Source: a virus
Lineage: Duplodnaviria > Caudoviricetes
IMG/VR virus record: IMGVR_UViG_3300021225_000464
Coordinates: 1-60,001 of that record
Length of the DNA stretch: 60,001 bases
Reading direction: 5' to 3' (one strand)
Shown here in pieces: positions 8,870-18,500 of this stretch. Numbering within the stretch: the first letter of the stretch is position 1; every line of letters begins with the position of its first letter. The position numbers were made by a program, and so were the translations under genes. The notes beneath the pieces were generated by a model, which saw only the letters and a list, made by a program, of their open reading frames with translations, searched no databases and was not told the DNA's origin.

Positions 8870-9102
8870 ATCTGAAACAACGGGTTTCTTTCACCAAAAT
8901 GTCCTCCGACAATATTATAGTAGTAATATTCTAAAGCGTCTTCATAAGACATATCTTTCTGTAATGATTCAAGTATCTTGTCACGGGAATAAAGTATTCT
9001 AACTCCATTACCAAATTCTTCTACGATACCTGTAATACAATCGTCAAATCCGTCTAATAGGATTGCACCTTCTGCTAATTCATCTACTTCTTCTCTTGTC
9101 AT
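8866..9102 (-). CDS. Conserved small phage protein
   Basis: LDGFDDCITG...EDALEYYYYNIVGG..GE..P.F pattern. Confidence 0.7.
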   Translation of the reverse strand: MTREEVDELAEGAILLDGFDDCITGIVEEFGNGVRILYSRDKILESLQKDMSYEDALEYYYYNIVGGHFGERNPLFQI

Positions 9103-9608
9103 TTGTTTTTGTATTGTTCTAATGAAATTCCTTCTGTGTCTTTATCACTAATCTTCATTTTAAAATTAAAACCTCTCATAAATTTTGAGATGATATCTTT
9201 AACTTCTTCTATTGTATCCCACTGAATACAACCTTCGTGTTCTTTTGAATATTCATTATCAACCAAGTAGTTAACAATTGTTCCACTTTGAAGTGTTAGG
9301 AACCCATGAGCATATCCTTTTGGGACATAAACCGCTTCACCTGATGTTAAAACAAATGTTTCTAATTTACCAAAGTCTTCACTTTCTTTATCCAAGTTAA
9401 CAACAAAATCAATTACTTTTCCTTGAATGACCGAAACCAATTTGGTTTGTGCCATTGGTTCTTCTTGATAATGTAATCCACGAAAGACAAAGATATCGTC
9501 GTTTATACTAATGTTTGATTGAACCCACTTGTCAGAAAGTTTGATTGGGGTAAAAGACCCACGATGGTCTTTAAAAACTGGTTGTAATAGTTGATAAGGT
9601 TTTTCCAT
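9099..9608 (-). CDS. rmlC: dTDP-4-dehydrorhamnose 3,5-epimerase
   Basis: FKDHRGSF, RGLHYQ, QTKLVSVIQG, VPKGYAHGFLTL, ISDKD. Confidence 0.9.
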   Translation of the reverse strand: MEKPYQLLQPVFKDHRGSFTPIKLSDKWVQSNISINDDIFVFRGLHYQEEPMAQTKLVSVIQGKVIDFVVNLDKESEDFGKLETFVLTSGEAVYVPKGYAHGFLTLQSGTIVNYLVDNEYSKEHEGCIQWDTIEEVKDIISKFMRGFNFKMKISDKDTEGISLEQYKNK

Positions 9609-9672
9609 GTGTAAAGTATAATAAATTAATATTATTCAATCAACCATATATTTATTTAGAAAACAATTATAT

Positions 9673-10140
9673 ATGAGAAACGCATTTTTTTTGAATATTA
9701 CTAACGAAGAAAAACAATCAATCCAAGATAGACATAGAAGTTTATATGATGGATACTCAACAAATGGAGACACCTCTCCAAAAATGAATCAACTAAAAGT
9801 TGAGAACTTGGCGTTAGATGAAAAAGGAATTACTGTAAGTAATAGAGGTGATGTTAAAGAATATACTAACACAGAAGTTAATAGAAAACTTAAAAGTGTT
9901 TGTGAAGGTTGTGGTGGATTGTATGAAGGTGATATGTGTGAATGTGGTAATGGTAGAATGTATGAAGAAAAAAGTACTTGTAATGAGTGTGGTACTGAAA
10001 TGAAAGAAGGTGAACAATGTGAGTGTGGTACTCGTTATTCTATGGAAGAAATTGAAGAAGGTATTAAAATTAAGTCAAAGGCTTCTTTAGTACAAGAACA
10101 AATCAATGAATCACTTAAGTGGTTCAAGAAAATCATTTAA
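9673..10140 (+). CDS. Cys-rich putative head protein
   Basis: CxxC and CECG repeats; leader ITNEEKQSIQDRH; TATTTAT at 9649-9655. Confidence 0.65.
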   Translation: MRNAFFLNITNEEKQSIQDRHRSLYDGYSTNGDTSPKMNQLKVENLALDEKGITVSNRGDVKEYTNTEVNRKLKSVCEGCGGLYEGDMCECGNGRMYEEKSTCNECGTEMKEGEQCECGTRYSMEEIEEGIKIKSKASLVQEQINESLKWFKKII

Positions 10141-10144
10141 GGAA

Positions 10145-10480
10145 ATGAAAATCAAAGAAATCGTTGATTACTACTATAATCCAAAATCTGAAATTATACA
10201 AGTTAGTTTCAGATTAAACGAGGATGGTGACGACGAAATAAGAGAACATGAATTTGAACTAGACTTTGTTGAAAAGTCTGGTTTTTTCATTTTGGAGAAT
10301 TATGATTATGAATCAAGTGATTTTCCAATCATATATGAAGAAGATACTGACGAGTTAATTATTGATGAAGAAGCGTCAGATGAAAAAGAATACGAAGTGG
10401 ATACAAGTGAGTTGAAAGATTTTATGGAAGAATTCTATAAATTAAATCCAAAAAAAATTCCACCTTCGTTTTTATTCTAA
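10145..10480 (+). CDS. Acidic hypothetical protein
   Basis: Start moved to MKIKEIV at 10145. Confidence 0.65.
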   Translation: MKIKEIVDYYYNPKSEIIQVSFRLNEDGDDEIREHEFELDFVEKSGFFILENYDYESSDFPIIYEEDTDELIIDEEASDEKEYEVDTSELKDFMEEFYKLNPKKIPPSFLF

Positions 10481-10522
10481 TAACTCCACTTTTTTTATTG
10501 GTCATCTTATATTTATGTAATA

Positions 10523-10786
10523 ATGATACATGACGTTGATTACATAATTTCATTGCTTAAAAAATTAACTACTGATAACGAAAGAAGAAGTAGTAAAGAT
10601 GAATTAGGTGAACAAGACGCAGCTCCTGCGGGAGGTGGTGGTGGCGGAACTTCTAATACGAATAAGAGAGGTAGTAATTGGAATGAACTTTATGCGACAG
10701 TTAGAGGACCCGCAAACATGTTAGGTAAAAAGGGAGAGAAGTGGGACTCAGGGATTAAACGTGGTGTTGGTAATCAAGTTTGGTAA
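10523..10786 (+). CDS. Small putative virion protein with W..RG.(A/G)N repeats
   Basis: LGE|Q site, Gly linker, two repeats; TATTTAT at 10510-10516. Confidence 0.65.
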   Translation: MIHDVDYIISLLKKLTTDNERRSSKDELGEQDAAPAGGGGGGTSNTNKRGSNWNELYATVRGPANMLGKKGEKWDSGIKRGVGNQVW

Positions 10787-10788
10787 AA

Positions 10789-13700
10789 ATGAATTCAAAT
10801 CAAAAAGAAATATTGGAAAGAGTTTTATTGATGATGAAATACGATTCATCTAAAACTTTGAATGAAAACATTAGTGAAATTAAAGTAATTAACGAACAAT
10901 CTTATAATTCTGATTGGGATGGGACATACGTTAATGGGACTAATAGTATTTATAATGGATTTGAAAGACCAAATTATATCGGTGATAAGAAAAAAACTGC
11001 AAAAAATTTAAGGGTTGTTGATATCCAACCTGTAAGTTTTGAAAAAATAATGGCTTGTAAAACAAAAACTAAAGGTGTTTTTGGACCAGTCACGGAAGAA
11101 GAGTTTAAAAAAAGATGTCAAAATTTAAGAAATTTTACTAATTCTTATTATGTTGATAGTAACGGTAAAATGATTATTCAAAATGGGTTACCGATTGACC
11201 CAAATACATATGGGGGTTCAGTGGGTCAAATGTTTACAGTGTGGCAATTAGTTAAACCAACTACTGAATTTAGAAATAAGTATAAAGATATTGCAACAGT
11301 AAGCGGGTCAGATAAATTAGTTCAAAATATGTCACTTAAAGAATTAAGTGATTATATATCTTACGGATTTTCAGAGAGTAGTGCGAGATTTGGTTTAACT
11401 AAAGAAATGAAAGACGCAATAATTCGTTTTGCTAAAAAAATTAAAAGTTTAAGTACGGAAGAATTAATTAATTTATCGTACAAATATCCATGTTTATTTG
11501 TTGAATCTAATTCCAAACAAGCGTCAATTAGTACGCCTAATAAAGTATCAAAAGATAAACTTTTATCACAAGGTGTTCAAGCAATGATAATTGATTTTGA
11601 GTTGTATAAAAGATATGATATGGAATATGATGAAAATCCTGAAAAGTTTAATTATCAACCAATAAGATATCCAAATTGGGATAATCTTATCAAATATTAT
11701 GGTTTAGATTTCTTAAAGGATTTTAAAGCTTCTGCGGACAAAGTAGTTGAGAGATTTGAAAAGGGTATAAAGGGTAGGACACAAGAGGGGTATCCTGATT
11801 ATGGAAGTAGATATTTGAATATGCAAGGTGCATTGGCGGATATGGGTTATATGAAGCATTATCAATTAATGAATAAAATAACTGTAACATTTCAAAACGC
11901 ACTTGAAAATTATAATAAAAAAAATGGAACAAGTTATAAAATGCCTTTAGAATGTGGAATGTCACAACAAGAAATTGCAAGAAGGGAAAAGTACAATGAA
12001 ACATGGTCTTATGATAATCCTATTAAAGAATGTGATTTACTTTTATCAGAATTAAGAAAAACTGCTTATCCTGAAATTAATAATTATTCACAAAATGAAA
12101 CATCAGAAAAGGAATCGGAAGAAGAAGCTAAAAAATTCTTAGACGAAAGAATTAAAAAAGAATTTATAAATATTGATATTGATAAAAGAACCTGGGGATA
12201 TCCTGATGAAAATGTAAAAGGACAAAAGGTTAGATTAGGCCCGGCAGTAACTTTTATGAATGAAAGTCAAGTTTCAAAAATAGTTGATTATTTACTGAAA
12301 AATTGTATTGGGCAATCTTATGGACAAGGTATTGAAAGCGGCTCTGAAAATTATTATTCAAAACCTTTATTGGGTATAAGTGTTGACCCATACCAAATTC
12401 CGTATTGTTTAAGATACAATTTAATTAAAGAAGAAGAAAATAATGATACAGAGGAAAGTGAAATTTCAATTTTTAAAGCAATTGTAAAATTAGCTGGAAT
12501 ACAAAAGGAACAAATAAGAATTATGCAAACCACTTATCCTGATAAACCTTACTTATGGCAAGATTACTTTCAGGGTGAACCAGGAACTTACGAGTATTAT
12601 AAGAAAAATTATTATGTTTATAATGCTGTTAGACAACACTTAATTCAAGACGGTAATCCAAATCCAACTGAAAAAGATGTTTTTGAAAAAATAAAATATT
12701 TCACTTACGATTGTATAGGTAGTAGAGATATTCTTAACAAAATTGCAAAAGGTAATTGGTTTTACAATGGTCAAAGAGTTGGTGAATACTATGCTGACAA
12801 TAAAGGTTATACTAAATATAAAATACCTTGTACAAATAAAACTTGGGATAAGTACGGTACGGTGATACAACTTGGAGGTATGATGTTAGTCGCTGCGGCC
12901 ACTTGGGGATTAGGAGCAGGACCGGCACTTGCGTTTTGGGTTAATATATTAACAGACACCGCATTAAATGCCGTTTCATTAAAATACTCAATAGAAGAAC
13001 AAGACCCATCTAAAATAAAAATGGATATCGCATTTTTATTATTACCATTTTTATTTGAAGTTAAACCTGTAAAGCAATTCTTTGAAGCGATGGGTAAAGT
13101 AAAAATAAATCAAGATGCTCTTAATTCTGTTATATCAAAATTTGCAAGTTTAGGTAACAACTTCACACCACAACAAGTTGAAAATTTGATTAAAAATATG
13201 AGTTCAGATGAAAAATTTGTCGTTAATATTATGATGGACGGTACTAACCCTCAAGTTCAAAAATATGTTAGTCAAATTTCAGACGGATTAAAAGCGAGTG
13301 TTAAATCAAGTGCTTCAACAAAAGCAGTATTAAAATCTTTAAAACCTGTCGCATTTCAGTTAGCAATTTTTGCAGTACCTGTAGCAACGTACTTTGGAAA
13401 AAAATTAGGTTTAATAAAAGAAAAATGGAAGTTGGCTACAGGTAAAGAAATAAATGAAAAAGAATTAAAAATTTTAGAACTTTTTTATTCATCATTATCC
13501 ACTGAAGATTCATTAAAAGTTGACAAAGTTTTATCTGAAAAACCTCAATTGATTGTTAATCTTGTACAATCACCTCAAGGTGAAGAATTATATAAGGGAG
13601 TTACAGGTATTAGTAAAATGACACCTGAAGAACAATTAAAAAGTATAAATAACCTTAAACAGATACATCAAAAAACGATTGAAAGATTAAGAAAAATGAA

Positions 13701-13845
13701 AGAACAATATAATCAAAATGTCCAACCTGAAAATCAAATTTCGACATCATCGGATTCGTCAAATTATGGAAACACAAATTTTGATGAAGTAATGAAATGG
13801 TTGGATGAAGATGATAAAGTTGTTATTGACAACCTTCAGAAATAA
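10789..13845 (+). CDS. Large putative ejection/internal virion protein with hydrophobic hairpin
   Basis: Leader with LNE/ISE/INE|Q sites; hydrophobic VIQLGGMMLVAAATWGLGAGPALAFWVNIL and FQLAIFAVPVATYF. Confidence 0.55.
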   Translation: MNSNQKEILERVLLMMKYDSSKTLNENISEIKVINEQSYNSDWDGTYVNGTNSIYNGFERPNYIGDKKKTAKNLRVVDIQPVSFEKIMACKTKTKGVFGPVTEEEFKKRCQNLRNFTNSYYVDSNGKMIIQNGLPIDPNTYGGSVGQMFTVWQLVKPTTEFRNKYKDIATVSGSDKLVQNMSLKELSDYISYGFSESSARFGLTKEMKDAIIRFAKKIKSLSTEELINLSYKYPCLFVESNSKQASISTPNKVSKDKLLSQGVQAMIIDFELYKRYDMEYDENPEKFNYQPIRYPNWDNLIKYYGLDFLKDFKASADKVVERFEKGIKGRTQEGYPDYGSRYLNMQGALADMGYMKHYQLMNKITVTFQNALENYNKKNGTSYKMPLECGMSQQEIARREKYNETWSYDNPIKECDLLLSELRKTAYPEINNYSQNETSEKESEEEAKKFLDERIKKEFINIDIDKRTWGYPDENVKGQKVRLGPAVTFMNESQVSKIVDYLLKNCIGQSYGQGIESGSENYYSKPLLGISVDPYQIPYCLRYNLIKEEENNDTEESEISIFKAIVKLAGIQKEQIRIMQTTYPDKPYLWQDYFQGEPGTYEYYKKNYYVYNAVRQHLIQDGNPNPTEKDVFEKIKYFTYDCIGSRDILNKIAKGNWFYNGQRVGEYYADNKGYTKYKIPCTNKTWDKYGTVIQLGGMMLVAAATWGLGAGPALAFWVNILTDTALNAVSLKYSIEEQDPSKIKMDIAFLLLPFLFEVKPVKQFFEAMGKVKINQDALNSVISKFASLGNNFTPQQVENLIKNMSSDEKFVVNIMMDGTNPQVQKYVSQISDGLKASVKSSASTKAVLKSLKPVAFQLAIFAVPVATYFGKKLGLIKEKWKLATGKEINEKELKILELFYSSLSTEDSLKVDKVLSEKPQLIVNLVQSPQGEELYKGVTGISKMTPEEQLKSINNLKQIHQKTIERLRKMKEQYNQNVQPENQISTSSDSSNYGNTNFDEVMKWLDEDDKVVIDNLQK

Positions 13846-13892
13846 AAAAATAATTTTTTGTAGTTAATAAATATTTATAATTAAAAACGACA

Positions 13893-15377
13893 ATGAAAAA
13901 ACAAATATTGGAAGAAATTAATAGGTCTCGTGAAATTATGGGTCTTAAATTAATCACTGAATCTATTGGTGATGAAATAAGTGATATGGTATATGCATTG
14001 ATTAAAAATGTTGATTCTATAGAAGATGATGCAGTTGAAGCTATTGCATCACAAATGAGAAAGGCTGCAGACGCTGATGCGTTGGCTAAAAAAATAGATT
14101 TAGACAAGTATTTGGATGATATGTTAATAACAGGTAAAGTAAGTGACGACATTGCAGAATTACTTAATAAAGCAATTTTAAGTAAAAAAAGTTATACGGA
14201 TGTTGTTCGTAAACTTGTTAAAGATACTGACCCTTTATTAATAAATATAAAAAATACTATTTTAGATAATGACGCACTTGATTTGATTAAGATGTCAAAT
14301 ACTCTTGATGAGTTGAAACAACTTGAGACTGATTTATTAAACAATTTTAAAAATTATACTGACCCACTTGGTAATAATTTATCAGATGAAATGGTTGCTT
14401 TATATAAGAAAGATATTGATGATGCAACAGCTTCACGAAGAGCAGAATTGGAAGCTCCGGGTAAAATCGCTTCAGAAGCCTCAACCCAAGCTGAAAAACA
14501 AGCAATTAAAGATGCTGAAGATTTAATCAAACAAATTAAAAAAGAACTTTCCGGTGAAGGAAAAAAACTTACGAACAATCTTACGGTTGACCAAGTTATG
14601 GGAAAGTTGAAAACTATGACTGAAGAAGAAGTAATAACTTTTTATAAAAAAATGTCATCAAACACTCTGTGGAAATCTTTTTTAACATGGATGTCTAAAA
14701 ATGTTAATCCAAGGATTAAAAACTTTTTGCGAACAATAAAACTTTTAAAACTTGATGATACGGGTAAATTAGTTTTCAGACCTGGTATGTTAGCAGTTTA
14801 CGTATCTGTTATTGGTGGGGCTTATATTTTATTTGACATGTTTAGAACAAGTGAAAGTGAGTGGAAAGAGTTATATGATGACTTATTAAAAGTTTGTCCA
14901 AATGGAAAACTTGAAGATGGTGTGAACACATCGATAGCTGAAGATATTAAAGAAAGTAATACTTTAAGACCTGATTGGGTAATGTCCGTAGTTTACAATG
15001 GTGAAAAAACAGAAGTATTTTATGAAGATGGTCAGTGGTTCTTGAATATTAAAAGCGGAAAACCTGGTGAAGAATACCAAACTTTAAATTGTAACGATGC
15101 AAAATTGGCTGACAAGACGTTTGAAGAAATTGGGACAGACCCTACTATTAAAAAAGACGAAGAATCCAAAAAATTAGAAGCGGATAAAAACGATTTTATT
15201 ACTAAAGCTAATGCTTTTTATGGGGTTACGACTATTGGAAATTTAGTTACTATTGATGGTACTGTAATAAAAATCAAGTCGGATGATGGTACAGTATATA
15301 CGGTTGAAAAAAATGCTGATGGTAAGTTTGCTATAAAAGGTGCTGGAGCTTCTGGTGCTGATGTAATAATACCTTAA
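13893..15377 (+). CDS. Putative ejection/internal virion protein with one TM helix
   Basis: MKKQILEEINRSREIMGLKLITE|S leader; TM MLAVYVSVIGGAYILF; TATTTAT at 13872-13878. Confidence 0.55.
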   Translation: MKKQILEEINRSREIMGLKLITESIGDEISDMVYALIKNVDSIEDDAVEAIASQMRKAADADALAKKIDLDKYLDDMLITGKVSDDIAELLNKAILSKKSYTDVVRKLVKDTDPLLINIKNTILDNDALDLIKMSNTLDELKQLETDLLNNFKNYTDPLGNNLSDEMVALYKKDIDDATASRRAELEAPGKIASEASTQAEKQAIKDAEDLIKQIKKELSGEGKKLTNNLTVDQVMGKLKTMTEEEVITFYKKMSSNTLWKSFLTWMSKNVNPRIKNFLRTIKLLKLDDTGKLVFRPGMLAVYVSVIGGAYILFDMFRTSESEWKELYDDLLKVCPNGKLEDGVNTSIAEDIKESNTLRPDWVMSVVYNGEKTEVFYEDGQWFLNIKSGKPGEEYQTLNCNDAKLADKTFEEIGTDPTIKKDEESKKLEADKNDFITKANAFYGVTTIGNLVTIDGTVIKIKSDDGTVYTVEKNADGKFAIKGAGASGADVIIP

Positions 15378-15382
15378 AAATA

Positions 15383-17308
15383 ATGAATACTAAAAATAAA
15401 AAAATAATAGTTGAACAACCAACATTTGGAAAAAGTTCTTCACCTACGGCATCATTTGGAGGAACTTCAGGGAATTCAGGTGGGGCATCATTTGGGGGGA
15501 CTTCAGCAAAATCAGGTGGGGCATCATTTGGAACAAGCTCAGGAAGTTCAGGTGGAGCATCATTTGGAAAGGGTTCAAATAAAAAAGATGAGAAACCTAA
15601 AGATGATAAGTCATCCGGAAAACATCCAGAAAACCAAGCGGAAGGTGATGCATTTAGAGAATGGATGAGTGTAAATCATTCTGATTTTAGATGTGGTAGT
15701 GACAAACTTGAAAATAAAAAAAATATGTCGTTTACTAATTTTTGTATAAAAGATGCTTGGGGTCAATTTGGTAAATCTTTTAAAGAAAAGTCAGGTACAT
15801 CAACAGGAGGTACTTCAAAACATGGAGAATTTCCAATTAATACTGTTGATTTATCTAATATGTTTAGAGAATGGGTTTATAAATATCGCAATGATTATGC
15901 AAGTAAACATACTGAATTAGAACGAAAAATATCTGACCCCAAAAAAAATGCAGATACCGCTTTAAAACTTGCTTGGGCACGATTTTCACAAGAATATATT
16001 GATTTTTTAAAGACAAGACTTAATGATAAACTATTGATGTCAACAGGTTCAAAATTAGAAAAATCTAATAATGATTGGGAAACTTCTGATTCGGCTTTAG
16101 AAATAGGTACTGAAAGAATATTAAAAGATGAAGAAACAGAATTAAAAAAATGTGAACCTTGGACCAAAGGGAATTCTATTGAAAAAGAGGTAGGTAGAAC
16201 ATCGTTTAGTTCTGTTAAAAACGACATGGCTAAAAGATTTGTTGAATGGATAAATGATGAAGGTATGCTTGACAGATATGTACCTGAAAATTTTTGTAAT
16301 ACTGATACTTTTAATACTGATTGGGTTGAGGAAAAATATACATATAATAATGTTGATAATGAACCGTACCAACACCCTTTACTTAAATTATTAGCAACAG
16401 TCAAAACGACAACTAAAAACACTAAAGGTGAAACAATTCCTGTTAGACTTTTTGAAAAATTTTTAAGAGAATCTGGTAAAGATGTTAATGTAAAAAAAGA
16501 TATTTCTCTTAGAAAAAGTGGGATACCATCTTTAAATTCACCATCAGAAACTTGGGCGGAAACAATAATTACCGCAGGACCAAATAAACCATTTTGTGTT
16601 GGATTAAGAAATTCGTTATCGTTAACATTTGAAAGTGGTAGTGAAATGGTTAAAAAAGCGATTGGTCTATGTAATTCAAAAAACTCTAGTTGGTTAGATA
16701 AAAGTTTAAAAGGAAAAGTTAAAACAAAATTAGGAGTTTTCCAAGAAAATAAAATGATAAAAGAAAGTATTGAAAACAAACTTAAATTAAAAAAAACCGA
16801 AAAAACTTTAATTAGTTTATCGGAAGATTTTAATAAACAAAATTATAAAAAATTCTTTGAAGCGTTAACTAAATTTAAAAAAAATAAAAATATCAACGAA
16901 TCAACAAATACTGAATTTGAAAAATCGTTTGATGTGATTTTTAAAGGAAAAGAAACTGAATTTAAAAATAGAGCAATAGAATATATTTTAAACAAGTTAG
17001 AAGTATCACCAACTTCAGACCTTGGAAAAAATATCAAATCTGAATTAGACAACATACCAGCAAAAGATATGTTTAAAAATGAATATGATGTTCCTGAAGC
17101 TATATCAAAAGCTGTTGAATTATCTTCACAATCAAATACTGAAGAACAAAAAGGCTTAAAAGGTATTGTTTCTAAATCAGTCAAATTTGACGATAAACAA
17201 ATCAAACAAGGTGTTAGACAACATCTTCACGATTATATTGAAGGAGTTAAAGATGATATTAAATCTTTGGAACAAAAATTAAAAAGTTCAATAATGAAAG
17301 ACATTTAA
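15383..17308 (+). CDS. Putative internal virion protein with G/S-rich and FREW repeats
   Basis: IIVE|Q site, four ASFG units, duplicated FREW...AW..F module. Confidence 0.55.
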   Translation: MNTKNKKIIVEQPTFGKSSSPTASFGGTSGNSGGASFGGTSAKSGGASFGTSSGSSGGASFGKGSNKKDEKPKDDKSSGKHPENQAEGDAFREWMSVNHSDFRCGSDKLENKKNMSFTNFCIKDAWGQFGKSFKEKSGTSTGGTSKHGEFPINTVDLSNMFREWVYKYRNDYASKHTELERKISDPKKNADTALKLAWARFSQEYIDFLKTRLNDKLLMSTGSKLEKSNNDWETSDSALEIGTERILKDEETELKKCEPWTKGNSIEKEVGRTSFSSVKNDMAKRFVEWINDEGMLDRYVPENFCNTDTFNTDWVEEKYTYNNVDNEPYQHPLLKLLATVKTTTKNTKGETIPVRLFEKFLRESGKDVNVKKDISLRKSGIPSLNSPSETWAETIITAGPNKPFCVGLRNSLSLTFESGSEMVKKAIGLCNSKNSSWLDKSLKGKVKTKLGVFQENKMIKESIENKLKLKKTEKTLISLSEDFNKQNYKKFFEALTKFKKNKNINESTNTEFEKSFDVIFKGKETEFKNRAIEYILNKLEVSPTSDLGKNIKSELDNIPAKDMFKNEYDVPEAISKAVELSSQSNTEEQKGLKGIVSKSVKFDDKQIKQGVRQHLHDYIEGVKDDIKSLEQKLKSSIMKDI

Positions 17309-17793
17309 AAACTTTTTTGAAAATCAATCCAAATTTTTTGTAAAGACTGACCCACAGAATCCGAAAAAATAGTAGGTTCTGTGGGTTTTTTCATTAACCT
17401 CATATTAGTTTCACTTAATAACTTGTCTCCTTTCTTTGAATTACAGGGCATACAACAAGTAACTAGGTTATCCCATGTATTACCTCCACCTTTTGATTTC
17501 GGGATGATATGGTCTATCGTAAGGTCTTTTTTGTTTCCACAATAAACACAAGCATTATGGTCACGTCTCATGATTCTATGACGATTGACACGAATACGTC
17601 TACGAGTAAATGAAACGTAGTTTAAAAGACGTATAATGAGTGGTCTAACAAAGTTCTTGATACCGCATACTATTGGTTCTTCAGATGATTTAACAACCTC
17701 CGCCTTTCCTTTATAGACTAAATTAAACCCACGATTAAATGAAGTTACATTTAAGGGACTGTAATCTGAATTAAGTACCAATATTCCACTCAT
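17305..17793 (-). CDS. HNH endonuclease (McrA-like)
   Basis: LVLNSDYSPL, RD..CVYCG, TIDHIIPKSKGG..WDNLVTCC..CN..K. Start moved to ATG 17793, next to CAAATATA at 17799-17806. Confidence 0.9.
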   Translation of the reverse strand: MSGILVLNSDYSPLNVTSFNRGFNLVYKGKAEVVKSSEEPIVCGIKNFVRPLIIRLLNYVSFTRRRIRVNRHRIMRRDHNACVYCGNKKDLTIDHIIPKSKGGGNTWDNLVTCCMPCNSKKGDKLLSETNMRLMKKPTEPTIFSDSVGQSLQKIWIDFQKSF

Positions 17794-17868
17794 AATCACA
17801 AATATATTAATAAAAATTTATTGGGACAAATTGAATTCTCCAATAAGTATTATTATACTTAAATTGTT

Positions 17869-18120
17869 ATGTCGGAAAACAAAATACAAATATCGGAAAA
17901 ATACAGAGATGATGTTAAAGGATTAACACATGATAAACTTATATTAGTTCCTTTGGAAGTATTGGAAAATTTACATGACTTTTATAACTGGAAAGAATTT
18001 ATTTCAAACTCAAATTATATTGAAGAAAAATCAAAACCGATTATTGAAGAATATAGTAAAGTTAAATTTTCATTTGATGACGAATGGGATAATTTTAGTG
18101 GAACACATTTTGGATATTAA
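17869..18120 (+). CDS. Hypothetical protein
   Basis: 83-aa ORF preceded by TTGAAT-N17-TATACT. Confidence 0.6.
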   Translation: MSENKIQISEKYRDDVKGLTHDKLILVPLEVLENLHDFYNWKEFISNSNYIEEKSKPIIEEYSKVKFSFDDEWDNFSGTHFGY

Positions 18121-18122
18121 TT

Positions 18123-18299
18123 ATGTTTGTAATCGTTAAATTTGTAAAGAACCACAAAGATGTGGAAATGCCGGTAATCATTTTAGACACCAATGATGAA
18201 ATCTTGGAGTTTAATACCTATGAAGAGGCTGAGAAGACTAAAGAATTGTTTGAAAAGAATTCTGATTCAGGTCATAGATATATTGTTAAGGAACTCTGA
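18123..18299 (+). CDS. Hypothetical protein, 58 aa (not in ORF track)
   Basis: Manual translation MFVIVKFVKNHKDVEMPVIILDTNDEILEFNTYEEAEKTKELFEKNSDSGHRYIVKEL*. Confidence 0.7.
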   Translation: MFVIVKFVKNHKDVEMPVIILDTNDEILEFNTYEEAEKTKELFEKNSDSGHRYIVKEL

Positions 18300-18338
18300 T
18301 ATTGTCACAAATTTAATCTATATTTGTGACAAATAAAT

Positions 18339-18412
18339 GCCTTCGTAGCTCAGTAGGATAGAGCAACAGATTTCTAATCTGTGGGTCAGGGGTTCGAATC
18401 CCTTCGGGGGTA
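18339..18412 (+). tRNA. tRNA-Arg(UCU), CCA not encoded
   Basis: Acceptor GCCTTCG/CGGGGGT, D-arm TAGCTCAGTAGGATAGAGC, anticodon arm ACAGA-TTTCTAA-TCTGT, T-loop GTTCGAATC; TATATTTG at 18319-18326. Confidence 0.95.
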
Positions 18413-18418
18413 CTATTT

Positions 18419-18446
18419 AAAAAAGGGTAAATTTTTACCCTTTTTT
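18419..18446. terminator. Intrinsic terminator after tRNA
   Basis: AAAAAAGGGTAAA-TT-TTTACCCTTTTTT hairpin. Confidence 0.8.
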
Positions 18447-18500
18447 ATTTTACAAACTATTTATAATTCAGTTATCTATAAATTAAAAAAAACTTGTTAA

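Noticed and set aside
15895-16779. 294-aa antisense ORF and the many other short antisense or alternate-frame ORFs in the track
   Set aside because: They lie inside well-supported genes and have shadow-frame composition rich in S, F and L.
17305-17793. HNH gene as an intron-borne homing endonuclease
   Set aside because: It is free-standing with its own promoter, interrupts no gene, and has no visible intron structure.
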